Assembly (NCBI GenBank): GCA_023248395.1
Contig: JAHFEQ010000003.1
Coordinates: 1-51,571, forward strand
Direction of reading: 5' to 3'
Origin: Nitrospirota bacterium
Lineage (GTDB): Bacteria > Nitrospirota > 9FT-COMBO-42-15 > HDB-SIOI813
DNA: 51,571 nucleotides
A program made the translations under genes and the position numbers. Positions 50,275-51,571 of the stretch are shown here, in pieces. Within the stretch, counting starts at the first letter, position 1. Each line of letters starts with the position of its first letter. Below the pieces are notes generated by a model, which was not told the DNA's origin, searched no databases, and saw only the letters and a list, made by a program, of their open reading frames with translations.

Positions 50275-50320
50275 TCACCCTCCCCTTAATCCCCTCCCGC
50301 CAAGGGAGGGGAGAAGGGGG
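50275..50320 (-). repeat. Hairpin/G4 element forming the bioW 3' end
   Basis: Minus strand TCCCCTCCC-TTGGC-GGGAGGGGA TTAAGGGGAGGGTGA; 9-bp perfect stem; the TGA is the bioW stop. Confidence 0.85.
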
Positions 50321-51087
50321 AATATCTCTCCTATCCTGTTTATAATCACCGGTTGTCTCTCGAGATAATGGATATATTGCTCAAGATCCAAACCCTCAGG
50401 ATTCACAAAGAAAACCCTTCCTCCTCTCAGAGACCCACTCTCTTTCATGCTGGTGACGCGCACATAGCCACCCTCTTTGGAGGCAACATACCCCGTCGTA
50501 TAATCAGGGTTGTCAGACCAGCAGAGTTCAGCGACAGTTTCTACCTTATTTGCGACCTTCGTTGCAATACCCAGGGCATCTATAACCCTTTTATGATAAA
50601 TGCCATAGTCATTTAATTCTTTCTCAAGATGCCTTCTTGCATCTTCAGTGTAATCTATCCTTGAAACCCTGACCCCCCTTCTGATATCAGGCTCTATCCT
50701 CTCACCTGTAAATACATCCATAATAATAGCCCCGCGCATATTGGTCCCTTCAGGAGTCGGTCCGGACTGAAGTAGTTGGAATGCCCTTTCGATTACTTTA
50801 AGAGATATCCCATGTGACTCTAATATCTCTCTAGCGGTCCAGTGGGCCTCTTTGCAGGATGAGGATGCTATCGTCCTGACATGGAGAGATTTGATGCAGG
50901 TCACTGAATTAGCCTCAATAGGATCGATGGATACCCATATTTCATCTGGCGTAGTATAAGAGGAGAGTGCTTGCGATAATAGATCTGTCAAAACCTCTTC
51001 AATACGATCTCCGGTTAAGAGATGTTCGGCACCTGATACATGGACATTGGATGAAGATGCCCTCATCCTGATGCTATATAGAAACAT
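50275..51087 (-). CDS. bioW: 6-carboxyhexanoate (pimelate)-CoA ligase
   Basis: YSIRMRAS..HVSGAE, MRGA, GVRVS, AELCWSDNPDYTTGYVAS and GGRVFF motifs; start ATG 51087. Confidence 0.92.
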   Translation of the reverse strand: MFLYSIRMRASSSNVHVSGAEHLLTGDRIEEVLTDLLSQALSSYTTPDEIWVSIDPIEANSVTCIKSLHVRTIASSSCKEAHWTAREILESHGISLKVIERAFQLLQSGPTPEGTNMRGAIIMDVFTGERIEPDIRRGVRVSRIDYTEDARRHLEKELNDYGIYHKRVIDALGIATKVANKVETVAELCWSDNPDYTTGYVASKEGGYVRVTSMKESGSLRGGRVFFVNPEGLDLEQYIHYLERQPVIINRIGEIFPLLPSLGGRGLRGG

Positions 51088-51571
51088 GTTCCAGACCCAA
51101 ATCTCTGAGCATCTGAAGGTCTTTGTTCGGCTCCCTTCCACTCTTTGTCAGATAGTTCCCTATCATCATCCCGTTCGCACCACTTGCAAATATCAGTGGA
51201 TGCAGATCATGGAGTGCTGTGATCCTCCCACCGCATATTCGTATCTCCTTCTCAGGCATCAATATCCTGAACAGTGCAATTATTTTGAGGGCATCTGCAG
51301 GACTAATGGACCGGACATCTGCCAATGGGGTACCCTGAACAGGCATAAGAAAGTTGACGGGAACAGAATCTACATCTAATGACATGAGTTCAAAGGCCAG
51401 CTCGACCCTGTTTTCCAGACTTTCCCCTATTCCTAACAGGCATCCGCTGCATGTGGATAGCCCGATACTCTTTGCAAGACGAACCTCTGCAACCCGATCC
51501 TGGTAGGTATGGGTCGTACAAATCTTAGAAAAATAGGCCTCTGCTGTCTCGAGGTTATGATGAAATCTGGT
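51074..51571 (-). CDS. bioB: Biotin synthase (3' part; truncated by the window edge)
   Basis: HHNLET..ICTTHTY, CSG, SVPVNFL, ICGGR and GNYLT motifs. Confidence 0.95.
   Translation of the reverse strand, partial: TRFHHNLETAEAYFSKICTTHTYQDRVAEVRLAKSIGLSTCSGCLLGIGESLENRVELAFELMSLDVDSVPVNFLMPVQGTPLADVRSISPADALKIIALFRILMPEKEIRICGGRITALHDLHPLIFASGANGMMIGNYLTKSGREPNKDLQMLRDLGLEHVSI

Overview
Mostly core chromosome of a diderm, probably anaerobic bacterium; gene order and content suggest Nitrospirota/Thermodesulfovibrionia-like or deltaproteobacterial origin (inference). The window opens with the right end of an IS (IS1202/ISNCY-like). The left ~22 kb is mixed: a HEAT-repeat + HD-GYP pair, a pabB/trpE-like gene, an AIR-synthase-family gene, a doubly deleted REC-HD-GYP pseudogene, rtcA, tRNA-Gly(CCC), a TPR/FG-GAP lipoprotein, an FGGY kinase with a rewritten active site, a DASS transporter, a CHASE4-PAS-GGDEF-EAL protein, lptFG and fdhE. 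Housekeeping blocks follow: Re-citrate synthase-mdh-fumarase, lptCAB-rpoN-rapZ-ubiX, small HTH-pilMNOPQ-aroCKB-NifA-like-yicC-remA-gmk-rpoZ-coaBC-TPR-aroQ-efp-accBC-thiE, and a convergent bioB-bioW-bioF-SDR-bioD operon. The most striking signal is sub-genic: several distinct families of short palindromic or heptameric repeats (boxC-like hairpin/G-quadruplex elements, CCCCCT..AAGGGGG palindromes, GTAG-type REPs, a GGGGACAG..CTGTCCCC palindrome, GTHRGAA heptamer arrays). They occur between genes and also sit in frame inside intact proteins (rtcA, three sites in the TPR/FG-GAP protein, two in fdhE). They supply stop codons and candidate ribosome-binding sites at gene junctions, and the asymmetric ones keep one polarity relative to transcription.
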